The notes under the pieces were generated by a model. The model was not told the DNA's origin, searched no databases, and worked only from the letters and a program-made list of their open reading frames with translations. From the NCBI RefSeq assembly GCF_902713615.1, contig NC_052161.1:124952678-125016677 (forward strand): DNA of 64,000 nt, in the 5' to 3' direction. The position numbers were made by a program, and so were the translations under genes. Numbering within the stretch: the stretch's first letter is position 1; every line of letters begins with the position of its first letter. Below are positions 35,100-45,589 of the stretch, one piece after another. The stretch comes from Scyliorhinus canicula (lineage: Eukaryota).

Positions 35100-36616
35100 G
35101 TAAATCAGCCAGGTGCCTCACCATGTCAACATATGCTGGGATTGAACAGTCATGGTACAAAATAGTAAGACCTTTTCACATCAATCAATATCAATAATTG
35201 ATGTACACCAGTACTGTTTATCACCATCATCCCATCTGGGGCAAGTAACTCTCACCTGTCTCCCAGGTAAATCTGACAGGGAGCCCGAACAGAGAATGCA
35301 GGGGAAAATACGGTGGGCCTGGCAGCATCTGTGGAGAGAGAGAGAGACAAGAGTTAATGTTTCGAGTCCAATGCCACTCTTCTTCCAACAGTCCCATTGG
35401 CCAAAAACTTTAACCCTGTTTCTCTCCCTCCACAGATGCGGCCAGAACTGCTTGAGTTTTTCCAGCACTTTGGTTTTTTTTCCAAACTCCAGCATCTGCA
35501 CTATTTTACTGTTATATATGTACTGAGAGTGAAAGGTTATTTCATATCCATAACTAATCAGTGTGTATCGATAAATATCATAACTGCCAACAGCATATTG
35601 GGGACTGGTAACTCACCTGTCAACAGGTAACTCAGACAGGGACCCAGAAAATCAAAGTATATGCTGAATAGTCATTTTTTGAAAGACAAAATATGATAAT
35701 TTTATATAAATAATTCGTCAACTAATGTGTTAAAGCAATGGTATAACTTCTCAATAGCACAAGTAGCTCATGTCACTGATAAATAAGCCAGTGGTCCTGA
35801 ATATTACTAATCAAAAGTTGCATATATTGAGAATTAGGTCGTTTCATATAATTATTTTATGCAGTATTATGATCTGGCCTGCACGCCCTGAAAAGGGGTT
35901 GGAAGCAGACTAAATCGTAAATTTCAAAATAATTTTTTAAATATATACTCAATGAGGGCAAATCTGTAGTGTAATGGGAAAGATTGGGGGAGTGGAACTA
36001 ATTGGATAACTTTTTCAAAGTGCAGGCGCAGCCAGGATGGGAAAAATGGCCTCTTTTTTGGCTTGTATGATTCAATGAATTAATGAGTAAAAATACAATA
36101 TAGCTACTAACAGTGTGAGTGGCTTTGAAACTGAGAAGGAGCAGCCTTTTATGTAAATACATAATTAATCAATTAATTATTTAACAATAATTTATAACAC
36201 TTCTGAGACAAAGAGCCTACCTTCCACAGGTCAGTCAGCCTGGATTGTCGAAGATTAATAATGTATGTACTGAGGGTGAGCAGCCACTGATGTAATTAAT
36301 TAATTTGTAAACTATCAACATCAGGAAGTGGGGAGTTAAACTTCCATAGGTCACTCAGCCAGGAGCCCAGAATCATGATTACCGTAGATCCTGAGAGTTG
36401 GTAGCGAGTTACATAATTAATATGAGAGACTCCCTTGGAAATGAGACAAATAATATGGGGTGGCTATAACATGCTGTGAGGGGGATAACTTGGTACAGAA
36501 GTTGGGAGGGAGAAGGAGCTAACCCGGTCTCCGATACGTGGCAGGAGGAGACTGCAGACTTGCTGTTTAACATTGGGCTTTGTTTCTTTCCTTGATGTTC
36601 TTTCACTGTTACTCAG

Positions 36617-36809
36617 GTTTCCCTTCAGTAAGCCGGACTTATTAAAACAGTGGATGAACAATGTTGGAAGAGCAGAGTTCAAACCCAACCAACACACAGT
36701 CATTTGCTCGGAGCATTTCAAACCAGAGTGTTTCAACACTTGGGGCAACCGAAAAAATCTGAAGCATAATGCTGTACCCACGGTTTTCCGCTACTCAGAG
36801 ATTGTGAAG
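36617..36809 (+). CDS. THAP3: THAP3 coding exon 2 (rest of C2CH THAP zinc finger, AVPTVF box)
   Basis: ctcag|G TTT...; FPFSKPDLLKQWMNNVGRAEFKPNQHTVICSEHFKPECFNTWGNRKNLKHNAVPTVFRYSEIVK|gtacag; phases fit (74+193=267 nt). Confidence 0.96.
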
Positions 36810-36962
36810 GTACAGTATGAATGTAATTCTAGCCTCTCGCGCAGTCCCAATTTTAATTGCTCCACCAGTGGTGACCATGCACAGATTCGAAGCTCTGGAA
36901 TTTACTCTCTAAACCTGTTTATCTCTTCACCTCCATTTTCTCCTTGAAGGTACCCCACAGTA

Positions 36963-37490
36963 GGGGCAGCATGGTGGTACAGTGGTTAGCATTGCTGCCT
37001 CACGGCACCAAAATCCCAGGTTCAATCCCGGCTCGGGTCACTGTCCGTGTGGAGTTTGCACTTTCTCCCCGTGTCTGCGTGGGTTTCGCCTCCACAACCC
37101 AAAGATGTGCAGGGTAGGTGGATTGGCCACGCTAAATTGCCTCTTAATTAGAAAAAAATGAATTAGGTACTCTAAATTTATAAAAGAAAAGATACCCCTC
37201 AGTGGTTAGCATTATTGCTTCACAGCGCCAGGGACCCGGGTGCGATTCCTGGCTTGGGTCACTGTCTGTGCGGAGTCTGCACGTTCTCCCCGTGTCTGCG
37301 TGGGTTTCCTCCGGGAGCTCCGGTTTCCTCCCACAAGTCCAGAGACGTGTTTGTTGGCGAATTGGACATTCTGAATTCTCCCTCCGTGTACATGAACAGG
37401 AGCCGGAGTGTGGCGACTAGGGGACTTTCACAGTATCTTCATTGCAGTGTTAATGTAAGCTTAGTTGCGACACAAATAAAGATTGTTATT
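36963..37490 (+). mobile_element. Two tandem V-SINE-type SINEs (short-tail and ggcgactagg-tail types)
   Basis: Heads at about 36963 and 37200 with the respective tails. Confidence 0.85.
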
Positions 37491-38857
37491 AAAACTATGT
37501 CGCCACCTGTCCTAATATCACCTGTACAAATCGGTGTACAATCCTGTTTGATAATGTTTCCCTGAAATGATCTGGGATGTTTCAAATACGTTGTACACAT
37601 TCAAGTTTTTGAAGTAGAGACGGGTGTGGAGGGGCTGGGTGGCTCAAGGGAGTGAAAACAAGCCTTTCACCTCTGGGACCTTTTATAATTTAAACTCCAT
37701 GAGGTGAAAGCTTCCGCTGGCTGCAAGGGTCCTGAGGGAAATGAAGTTGGTTGTCTCAACCCAGTCCCCAAGAGGCCCATTGCGAGTCTGTCGAGGGCAG
37801 ATGTGCAGAAATGAGTGCTTCACTGAGCCTGGGGGGTGCTGAGGCAGCAGAACAGAGGGATGCTGGATTCTGCATTGGCAATGTAGCCCAGAGTGTTCAA
37901 TCTTGTTGCTGACAACTCTGATGAGAGATTTTGCCATTTTTTTATATCTCAGTGTCCTGTGGAATGGTTGCCTCTCTCTCGGCAGTCCCACCTATCACCC
38001 TTCAATGACTATTGTAAATGTATTGTGTGAGGATAGACAGGGATGGTGGGGGTGGGGTGGGGTGATGATGCTGAGACGGGGGAATGTGCAAACTCCATTA
38101 GGACAGTGACTCAGGTGCTGTGACTGAACCTTGATCCTCCACGCCGTAGGCAGCAGTGCTAACCACTGTGCCACCGTGCTGCCCCAATCGGTAGCTTTTA
38201 TATTAAAACAAACTTTATTCTTAACACAGGATTAAACACATTAAAATCGCAGAAAATAGCTTTTCAATTAACATTTAAACAACTCCTAAAATAAAAGGAA
38301 ACCCTTTTAACCACTAACTTATCGTCTCTATCTCAAATTAAACAAAGCACATTACAGGTCAAAAAACCACTGGTGAATAAAGTTAGCAAACACATGGTTA
38401 CTTCCGGTACACTGGGTATAGAGATTTCTTGAAAATACTGCTTGAAGAACGAAAGAGAGTCCCTTTCAGGAAACAGCCTGCAGATTCTTCTGTCTTTGGT
38501 AGACTACTGCTTAACCTGACAGTCTTTGGCAAAAGCTGCCGCCCAATTTAAAGCTCCTAGCAGACTCCAAGCTAAACTTCCTGGGTCAGACCCGGCTCCT
38601 CCCATTAATCACATCATCTTTATCCCACTTAGATCGCCTGACATGCTTACCTAAGTCTAAACACAATGTGTCGAATTACCTACTCTCCAGGGAATCTCCA
38701 ACAATCATAACAAAATTCCACTAGGCCATATGTAGGTAAACAATTACATGGTTGGATTGAATGATGATCTCATGTTTATGACATCTTAATTGCACCTTTT
38801 GCAAACACAGAGACGGCCTGTAAGTTAAACCAGAATTTAAAAAACAATTACTGCAAT

Positions 38858-38894
<37 letters not shown>

Positions 38895-39346
38895 GAAAAT
38901 CTGAAAATTGCTTATTGTCACAAGTAGGCTTCAAATAAAGTTACCGTGAAAAGCCCCTAGTTGCCACATTCCGGAGCCTGTTCAGGGAGGCTACGGGAAT
39001 GGAACCGTGCTGCTGGCCTGTCTTGGTCTGCTTTAAAAACCAGCTCTTTATCCCTGTGCTAAACCATATAAAATATATATATAGAAATATATAACCCAGG
39101 CTTTTAATAACATTACTGCAACATATATATATATATATATATATACTAATATATATATATACATATATAATACATATAAATGTTTTACATTCATCAGAAG
39201 TGAAGAATGTGTTTTTGTAAGGTGCCTAGAGAATGACAGTGCCTGTGGAATCCACTTCTGAGTCAATCATTACGTCTGTGAGATTTTGCACAATGATCCT
39301 GTAGCTAAAGATATGGTTCAAGATGTGATCTTGTTTGTTATTTCAG

Positions 39347-39427
39347 CAGAGACATCGGGCAAGGAAAAAGTTGAAAATGTCCACAGATATAACAACTCCT
39401 GAAGTAACTGAGGAAAAGGTGGAGACG
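39347..39427 (+). CDS. THAP3: THAP3 probable coding exon 3 (basic linker)
   Basis: ttgtttgttatttcag|CAG...; QRHRARKKLKMSTDITTPEVTEEKVET|gtaggt; 81 nt, phase 0-0 compatible with neighbours; low sequence conservation. Confidence 0.7.
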
Positions 39428-40251
39428 GTAGGTATTTGGTTTAGATGGAGCATTTCAACCCAAGAGTGTTTTGACACTCGGAGGAGTCAAATACTCATCC
39501 AGGAGGGGAAACAATACTCAGATTTGATTCTGTGCAGTGGTAGCACTGTCATCCCTTTGAACCAGAAAGTCATGGGTTTAAGTCTCATTCCAAAGATTTT
39601 AGAATCCAGGATGACACTCCAGTATTGTACAGGAGAGGGCGCTGCACTGTCAGAGGTGTAGTCTCCGAGATGAGGTGCCTTCACTCTGTTGGCCAATAAT
39701 TACCCCTCAACCATTGTCATTGAAAGGAAATATTTTGGTTATTATCACAGTGCTGTTTGTGGGATCTTGCTGTGTACAAATTGGCTGCCACATTTCCAAC
39801 ATTACGCATTTGAGGTCTGGTGGACATGAAGCGCAGCACATAAATGAAAGCCTTTCTTTACTTGTTTTAACTCACGGTGTGCCACACCAGGGTGCCTGCT
39901 GAGGATTCTCCACACTGTGAACTAGTCACACCAGCTATGCCATCGAGGGAGATTCCAAGCAAAGGCTTAATGGGGAAGGGAGAGCAATCTGAAAGTGTGG
40001 GTCCCTATTGTTCGTCCTTGTGCTGGGCACAGCTGCAGCAACAAACTCAGGCAGCTTGGTTCTATGTACACTTTAAATCCTTTCCCATTAGTTTACCTGT
40101 TTGAATATTGCGGGCTCTGTTTAGCTGACATCTCATTGGTGGATAAATTCTGTTACACCTGATCGTGGGTGTATTCATGTGAACACGATTTACCTCTGAT
40201 ATCCGGTGGCTAGTCACATTATTACAGTGCTCTAATTCATTTTTTTTTTTT

Positions 40252-40466
40252 AAATTTAGATTACCCAATTATTTTTTCCAATTAAGGGGCAATTTAGCGT
40301 GGCCAATCCACCTACTCTGCACATTTTTGGGTTGTGGGGGCGAAACCCACGCAGACACGGGGAGAATGTGCAAACTCCACACGGACAGTGACCCAGAGCC
40401 GGGATCGAACCTGGGACCTCAGCGCCGTGAGGCGGTTGTGCTAACCACTAGGCCACCGTGCTGCCC
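40252..40466 (-). mobile_element. Short V-SINE-type SINE, copy A
   Basis: Full head to tail; identical by eye to copy B. Confidence 0.9.
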
Positions 40467-40962
40467 TAGTACTCTTAATTCATAATAAGCAAGTTCGTCC
40501 TCTGTGGTGTCATGTTTTCACATTACATGCAATCACAGAAACAAGGGAATTCAACCCAATGGTCCATGCCAGTGCTTATGCACCTTACCTCCAAACCCTC
40601 TTCATCTCGCCCAGTCAGCGCATTCTGCTGTCATTTTCCCCTTATTTAACTTGCCCTTAAATGTATCAATGTTATTCATGTCATTTTAGCTGATCGTATA
40701 TTATATATCCTCCAAAATCCATTGAGTGAGGCTGCTGAATTATGTCAAATGCGCCTTTTGAATTCTTGTCCCCTGCGAGATTAAGCGAAAGTTTATTTCA
40801 CTTTCAGCAGCCAAAGACGCGAGGAACCCTTCATTCCACGTGGCGGGGCTGGATTTAAACACAGCTTCCAAGGATGCAAAAGGCACTATTGTTTTTAGTT
40901 CCACTCTGTCCTGCAGCCTTGTTTAAATTGCAGTCATTGCTTAGTATAGACTTTTTTTAAAA

Positions 40963-41177
40963 AAATTTAGATTACCCAATTATTTTTTCCAATTAAGGGG
41001 CAATTTAGCGTGGCCAATCCACCTACTCTGCACATTTTTGGGTTGTGGGGGCGAAACCCACGCAGACACGGGGAGAATGTGCAAACTCCACACGGACAGT
41101 GACCCAGAGCCGGGATCGAACCTGGGACCTCAGCGCCGTGAGGCGGTTGTGCTAACCACTAGGCCACCGTGCTGCCC
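40963..41177 (-). mobile_element. Short V-SINE-type SINE, copy B, perfect TSD cttagtatagact
   Basis: TSD at 40940-40952 and 41178-41190. Confidence 0.9.
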
Positions 41178-41769
41178 CTTAGTATAGACTCTTAACACCC
41201 ACCTTGCTTAGTGGCAATTCGACGGCCTTAAGTACCCGAAAGATAATAGAGCGTCATTGGAGATCTTAAACGTGATACTGTGGATGCTGGAAATCGGAAA
41301 CAGAAAGTAGAAAATGCTGGAAATACTCAGCAGGTCCGGAGACATCTAATCATAATAATCTTTATTGTCACAAGTAGGCTTACATTAACACTGCAATGAA
41401 GTTACTGTGAAAAGCCCCTAGTCGCCACACTCCAGCACCTGTTCGGGTACACGGAGGGAGAATTCAGAATCTCCAATTCACTTAATCATCTGGAATTGAA
41501 CCCCGGTGCCTAGCGCTGTGAAGCAACAGTGTTAACCACCGTGCCGCCCTGCAAGAGAGAAAAAAACAATGTTTAATGTTTCAGATCAGAGATCTTTCTT
41601 CACAAGGTGTTATTTACATATTACTGACATATTGATTTAAATGCATCCTAAAAAGGTGCAAAATAGTGAGTGAACACATTGTTTCTCCCGGAAATAAGCG
41701 ATGCATTTAATACCTCACAAATGGCAACTTCGAAGTTGACAGTGATGTGATTGGTTAATGTTATTTAAA

Positions 41770-42158
41770 AAATAAATTTAGAGTACCCAATTCTTTTTTT
41801 CCCCAAATATGGGACAATTCTAGGGCTGGTTTAGCTCAGTGGGCTAGACAGCTGGTTTGTGATGCAGAACAAGGCCAGCAGCGTGGGTTCAATTCCTGTA
41901 CCAGCTTAACTGAACAGGCGCCAGAATGTGGCGACTAGGGGCTTTTCACAGTAACTTCATACTTGTGACAATGAAAGGTTATTATTATTGTTATTTAGTG
42001 TGGCCAATTCATCTACACAGCACATCTTGGGGCCGTGGGGATGAGACTCACACAGGCACGGGGAGAATATGCAAACTCCACATGGACAATGACCCGGGGC
42101 TGGGATCGAACCTGGGCCCTCGATGCCGAAACAGCGGCGCCAACCACTGTGCCACCAT
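41770..42158. mobile_element. Nested SINEs: minus-strand short V-SINE interrupted by a plus-strand gggctggtttagc-head SINE (about 41822-41990)
   Basis: Host tail (41770-41820) and host body (41993-42158) are separated by the insert. Confidence 0.8.
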
Positions 42159-42525
42159 GTGATTGGTTAATGGTTGGTGCTGTTAATCCAATAGAAGTGA
42201 ATGAAGTGTTGGGGACTGTCTGTGTAAATTAATGCAATGTGATGTAAGTTTTATTACTGAGCCTCCAAGATCCCAGTGCACCCCGGTTGGGTGCTCCCAG
42301 ATTAAGGACACGGTATTCATACCATTGGAATCATAAGGAGGGAGGGTCACGCACCTCTGCAGGGGGCAAGTGGCCATGCATGATTTCAAGGGACCACGTG
42401 TCATGCACCTCTGCAGGGGTGTGAGTTGGTCACCCGTGACGGCGGGAGAGCATGTGGTCATGTGTGTCAGCCCGGTTGATGAGCATTTATTACAATAGCT
42501 CAGTCTCCGCTTTCTTTTCCCTCAG

Positions 42526-42846
42526 GTGCCCCTGCCCGCTCTTAGCGTAGGAGAAGAGAACTCTGTGCTAGCAAGTCCAGAGAAAGGTGCTCCGCCCGAG
42601 GGCACTGCTGACCACACTTATGCTGCTACCAACCTGGGCATGATGAAGAAGAGGCTGTTTTCGGCCCTGGAGAAGAACGAGAAGCTGAGGAAACGGCTGA
42701 AGGTAAAGCAGGAGGAGATGAGGAGGATGATGAAGAAGTGGCAAGCGGTGAAGGACGAGCTGGAGGACCTGAGAGCCAAGAGTCTGTTGACAGCCAGCGG
42801 ACTGAACCTCGCAGGCATAACCCAGCTACAGCGCTGTATGAACTAA
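42526..42846 (+). CDS. THAP3: THAP3 last coding exon (HCF-1-binding motif DHTY and coiled coil)
   Basis: tttcttttccctcag|GTG; ADHTYAATNLGMMKKRLFSALEKNEKLRKRLKVKQEEMRRM versus recalled human SDHSYALLDLDSLKKKLFLTLKENEKLRKRLQAQRLVMRRM; TAA ends at 42846. Confidence 0.93.
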   Translation: MPLPALSVGEENSVLASPEKGAPPEGTADHTYAATNLGMMKKRLFSALEKNEKLRKRLKVKQEEMRRMMKKWQAVKDELEDLRAKSLLTASGLNLAGITQLQRCMN

Positions 42847-43632
42847 GTCACTGATTGTTTGGAGGACAATGAGGTGGTGAGTGAGGGGACAACTTGCAGA
42901 GTCGCCATGTGGTCCACAAGTTAAAACTGGCAATGCAAACAAACGGCAGCAAATGAACAGTTTAACGGTGGAAGTACAGACAGTCGCTCTTAATCCAGAA
43001 GTGATGGCAGGGATGTAAATCAAGCTGGTCGCACCACGACTTGTCAACCCCCCCACCCCTCCATGGTTGTAACCTGCCCCCTCCCTACTCCACCCCATGG
43101 TTGGAACCTGCCACGTTGTCCTTCGGATCCCAGGAAGCTTCTCAGCAATGGAGGCAAAACAAATTCTAACTGTGGACTGCCGCAGGCCACCATGAGTCAG
43201 GGGAGAGACCTGTGATGACAGCACGCTTGGGATCACGAGTCACATGACCTTTTTGGACTGCATTGTTTGTCAGTAAGAAGCCTTGACATTTAAATTGTGC
43301 CGTGCTTGCCGTGCCAGAAATCAGGTTTACTTTATGTGTGAGGTGCCTGATGCCCAAACGGTCAGTTCCTTTATTGCTCTTGTGTATTATCTCCCAGTTT
43401 AATTCCTTCTGCAGGCTCCTGCGCTGTTAATGTATAGCAGCAAACCCCTCGGGTATTGACTAGTAGCAGTAAGGAAATCTCTACATTGTACATCAGTTCA
43501 AGGTACAGATACCAAGCAGTTTAGCTGGGCCTATGTTTTTTAATTGCGATCTACTGTACTGTCGCTGGTATCAATCGTGTTGGAACACGATTTGGATGCT
43601 GTCTAGTGCCATCCAGATCAAACTTAATGAAG

Positions 43633-43638
43633 AATAAA
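43633..43638 (+). terminator. Probable THAP3 polyadenylation signal
   Basis: First AATAAA seen downstream of the stop (about 790 nt), followed by T-rich sequence. Confidence 0.5.
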
Positions 43639-43939
43639 CTCTTTCTATATTGTCCTTATAAATGCTGCTGACAGGCCAGTTGCCTAGGTCCTGGTGTTCT
43701 GTATCTGGGACGTGAATTCAAACCAAGCCCAGATTAATAGGCTGAAAGACTCCTCTAATTGCAGGCTCCAGCTAGTCCACCTTGAACAGTGATCTACAGC
43801 AAAAACTGCCCCAAACTTAGCAAGAGTTCCACGCTAAGCTGTTACATTTACTGTGAAAGGCCATCAGACAAGGATGATTATTGTACAAAACTTATCAGAT
43901 TGGTGCAATTGGGGTAGTCTATCAGGATCTGCACCGTAC

Positions 43940-44490
43940 ATATACCCAGTGTACCAGGAGCTGTACTCTGTATATACCCAGTGGACCAGGAGCTGTACTC
44001 TGTATATACCCAGTGTACCAGGAGCTGTACTCTGTATATACCCAGTGTACCAGGAGCTGTACTCTGTATATACCCAGTGTACTAGGAGCTGTACTCTGTA
44101 TATACCCAGTGTACCAGGAGCTGTACTCTGTATATACCCAGTGTACCAGGAGCTGTACTCTGTATATACCCAGTGTACCAGGAGCTGTACTCTGTATATA
44201 CCCAGTGTACCAGGAGCTGTACTCTGTATATACCCAGTGCACCGGGAGCTGTACACTGCATATACCCAGTGCACCGGGAGCTGTACACTGCATATACCCA
44301 GTGCACCGGGAGCTGTACACTGCATATACCCAGTGTACCAGGAGCTGTACTCTGTATATACCCAGTGTACCGGGAGCTGTACACTGCATATACCCAGTGC
44401 ACTGGTAGCTGTACTCTGAATAAACCCAGTGCACTGGTAGCTGTACTCTGTATAAACCCAGTGCACTGGGAGCTTTACTCTGTATTTAAC
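43940..44490. repeat. 32-bp minisatellite (TATATACCCAGTGTACCAGGAGCTGTACTCTG), about 17 copies
   Basis: Directly visible; explains the 32-aa-period ORFs on both strands. Confidence 0.95.
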
Positions 44491-44662
44491 CTGTGCTTTA
44501 CTCAACCTGGGAATATTTTATGTTGACCCTGGCACTGGGTACACAAAATGAGAAACTATTTCATTTCCTGACACTAAGTATCCTTCATCTTGAATGTAAC
44601 ACGACACATCTAAAATTGGTAATTAACAAAGAAAACAGTTAAAATGAATTGAACAAATTATG

Positions 44663-45589
44663 TGTTATGGACCACGGTTTAGAGAACTCCAAAGTATATC
44701 ATGGAGATCACCTGACCCACGACTTTTACTAGATTGTGGTATGGGGAGCACACGACCCACTCTACAGGTGTGGTACAGCAGAAATGGAAAAGTATTTTTT
44801 AAAGCAAAACAATATTTATTCTATGAACTCAATTAACCTTTTTAAAACATACAGTGAATATCTCAGCAACTATCAATTTAAATACACCCCACAAAGAATA
44901 CAACACTCTAAGTAATCCTTAAACTTTCCTTTTAATATTCATAAGACAAAAAGCCTTTTTACAGAAGCACATCAGGTTTAAATTCTTTACTGAGAGCAGT
45001 TATCACTCTGAATTCACCAAATGATCTAGAGATAGTCTTTAGATGGCAGAGAAATTAGAGGGTAGCATGGTGGTTAGCATAAATGCTTCACAGCTCCAGG
45101 GTCCCAGGTTCGATTCCTGGCTGGGACACTGTCTGTGCGGAGTCTGCACGTCCTCCCCGTGTGTGCGTGGGTTTCCTCCGGGTGCTCCGGTTTCCTCCCA
45201 CAGTCCAAAGATGTGCGGGTTAGGTGGATTGGCTATCCTAAATTGCCCTTAGTGTCCTAAAAAATAAGGTTTTGGGGGGGGGGGGGTTGTTGGGTTACAG
45301 GTATAGGGTGGATACGTGGGTTTGAGTAGGGTGATCATTGCTCGGCACAACATCGAGGGCCGAAGGGCCTGTTCTGTGCTGTACTGTTCTATGTTCTAAA
45401 TCAAAATTACACCTGCTTTGGCTGGCTTCAGCTCCAACACTAAAACAAAACTAAAAAACACAGACACACCCAAGCTTTTCCTCAAAGCGAAACTAAAAAG
45501 TAGAGCCAGAGCTCAGCTCCACCCACACTCTGACATCACTGCAGCCACTTGAGCAGGCAAACATTTCTTAAAGTGACATTCCCATGTCA
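44663..45589 (-). mobile_element. Probable solo LTR carrying a SINE insertion (about 45059-45397, plus strand)
   Basis: Termini TGTTATGG...CCATGTCA (imperfect inverted repeat), flanks tatg/taag (4-bp TSD with one mismatch), minus-strand AATAAA at about 44815. Confidence 0.6.

Noticed and set aside
38861-39180. (TA)n tracts flanking a SINE
   Set aside because: Ordinary microsatellites.
35026-42846. THAP domain as part of a P-element transposase (THAP9-like)
   Set aside because: Short spliced protein of about 222 aa with DHxY motif and coiled coil, no catalytic domain or TIRs; matches THAP3.
43853-44526. Overlapping 100-210 aa ORFs on both strands
   Set aside because: Products of the 32-bp minisatellite; no splice or homology support.
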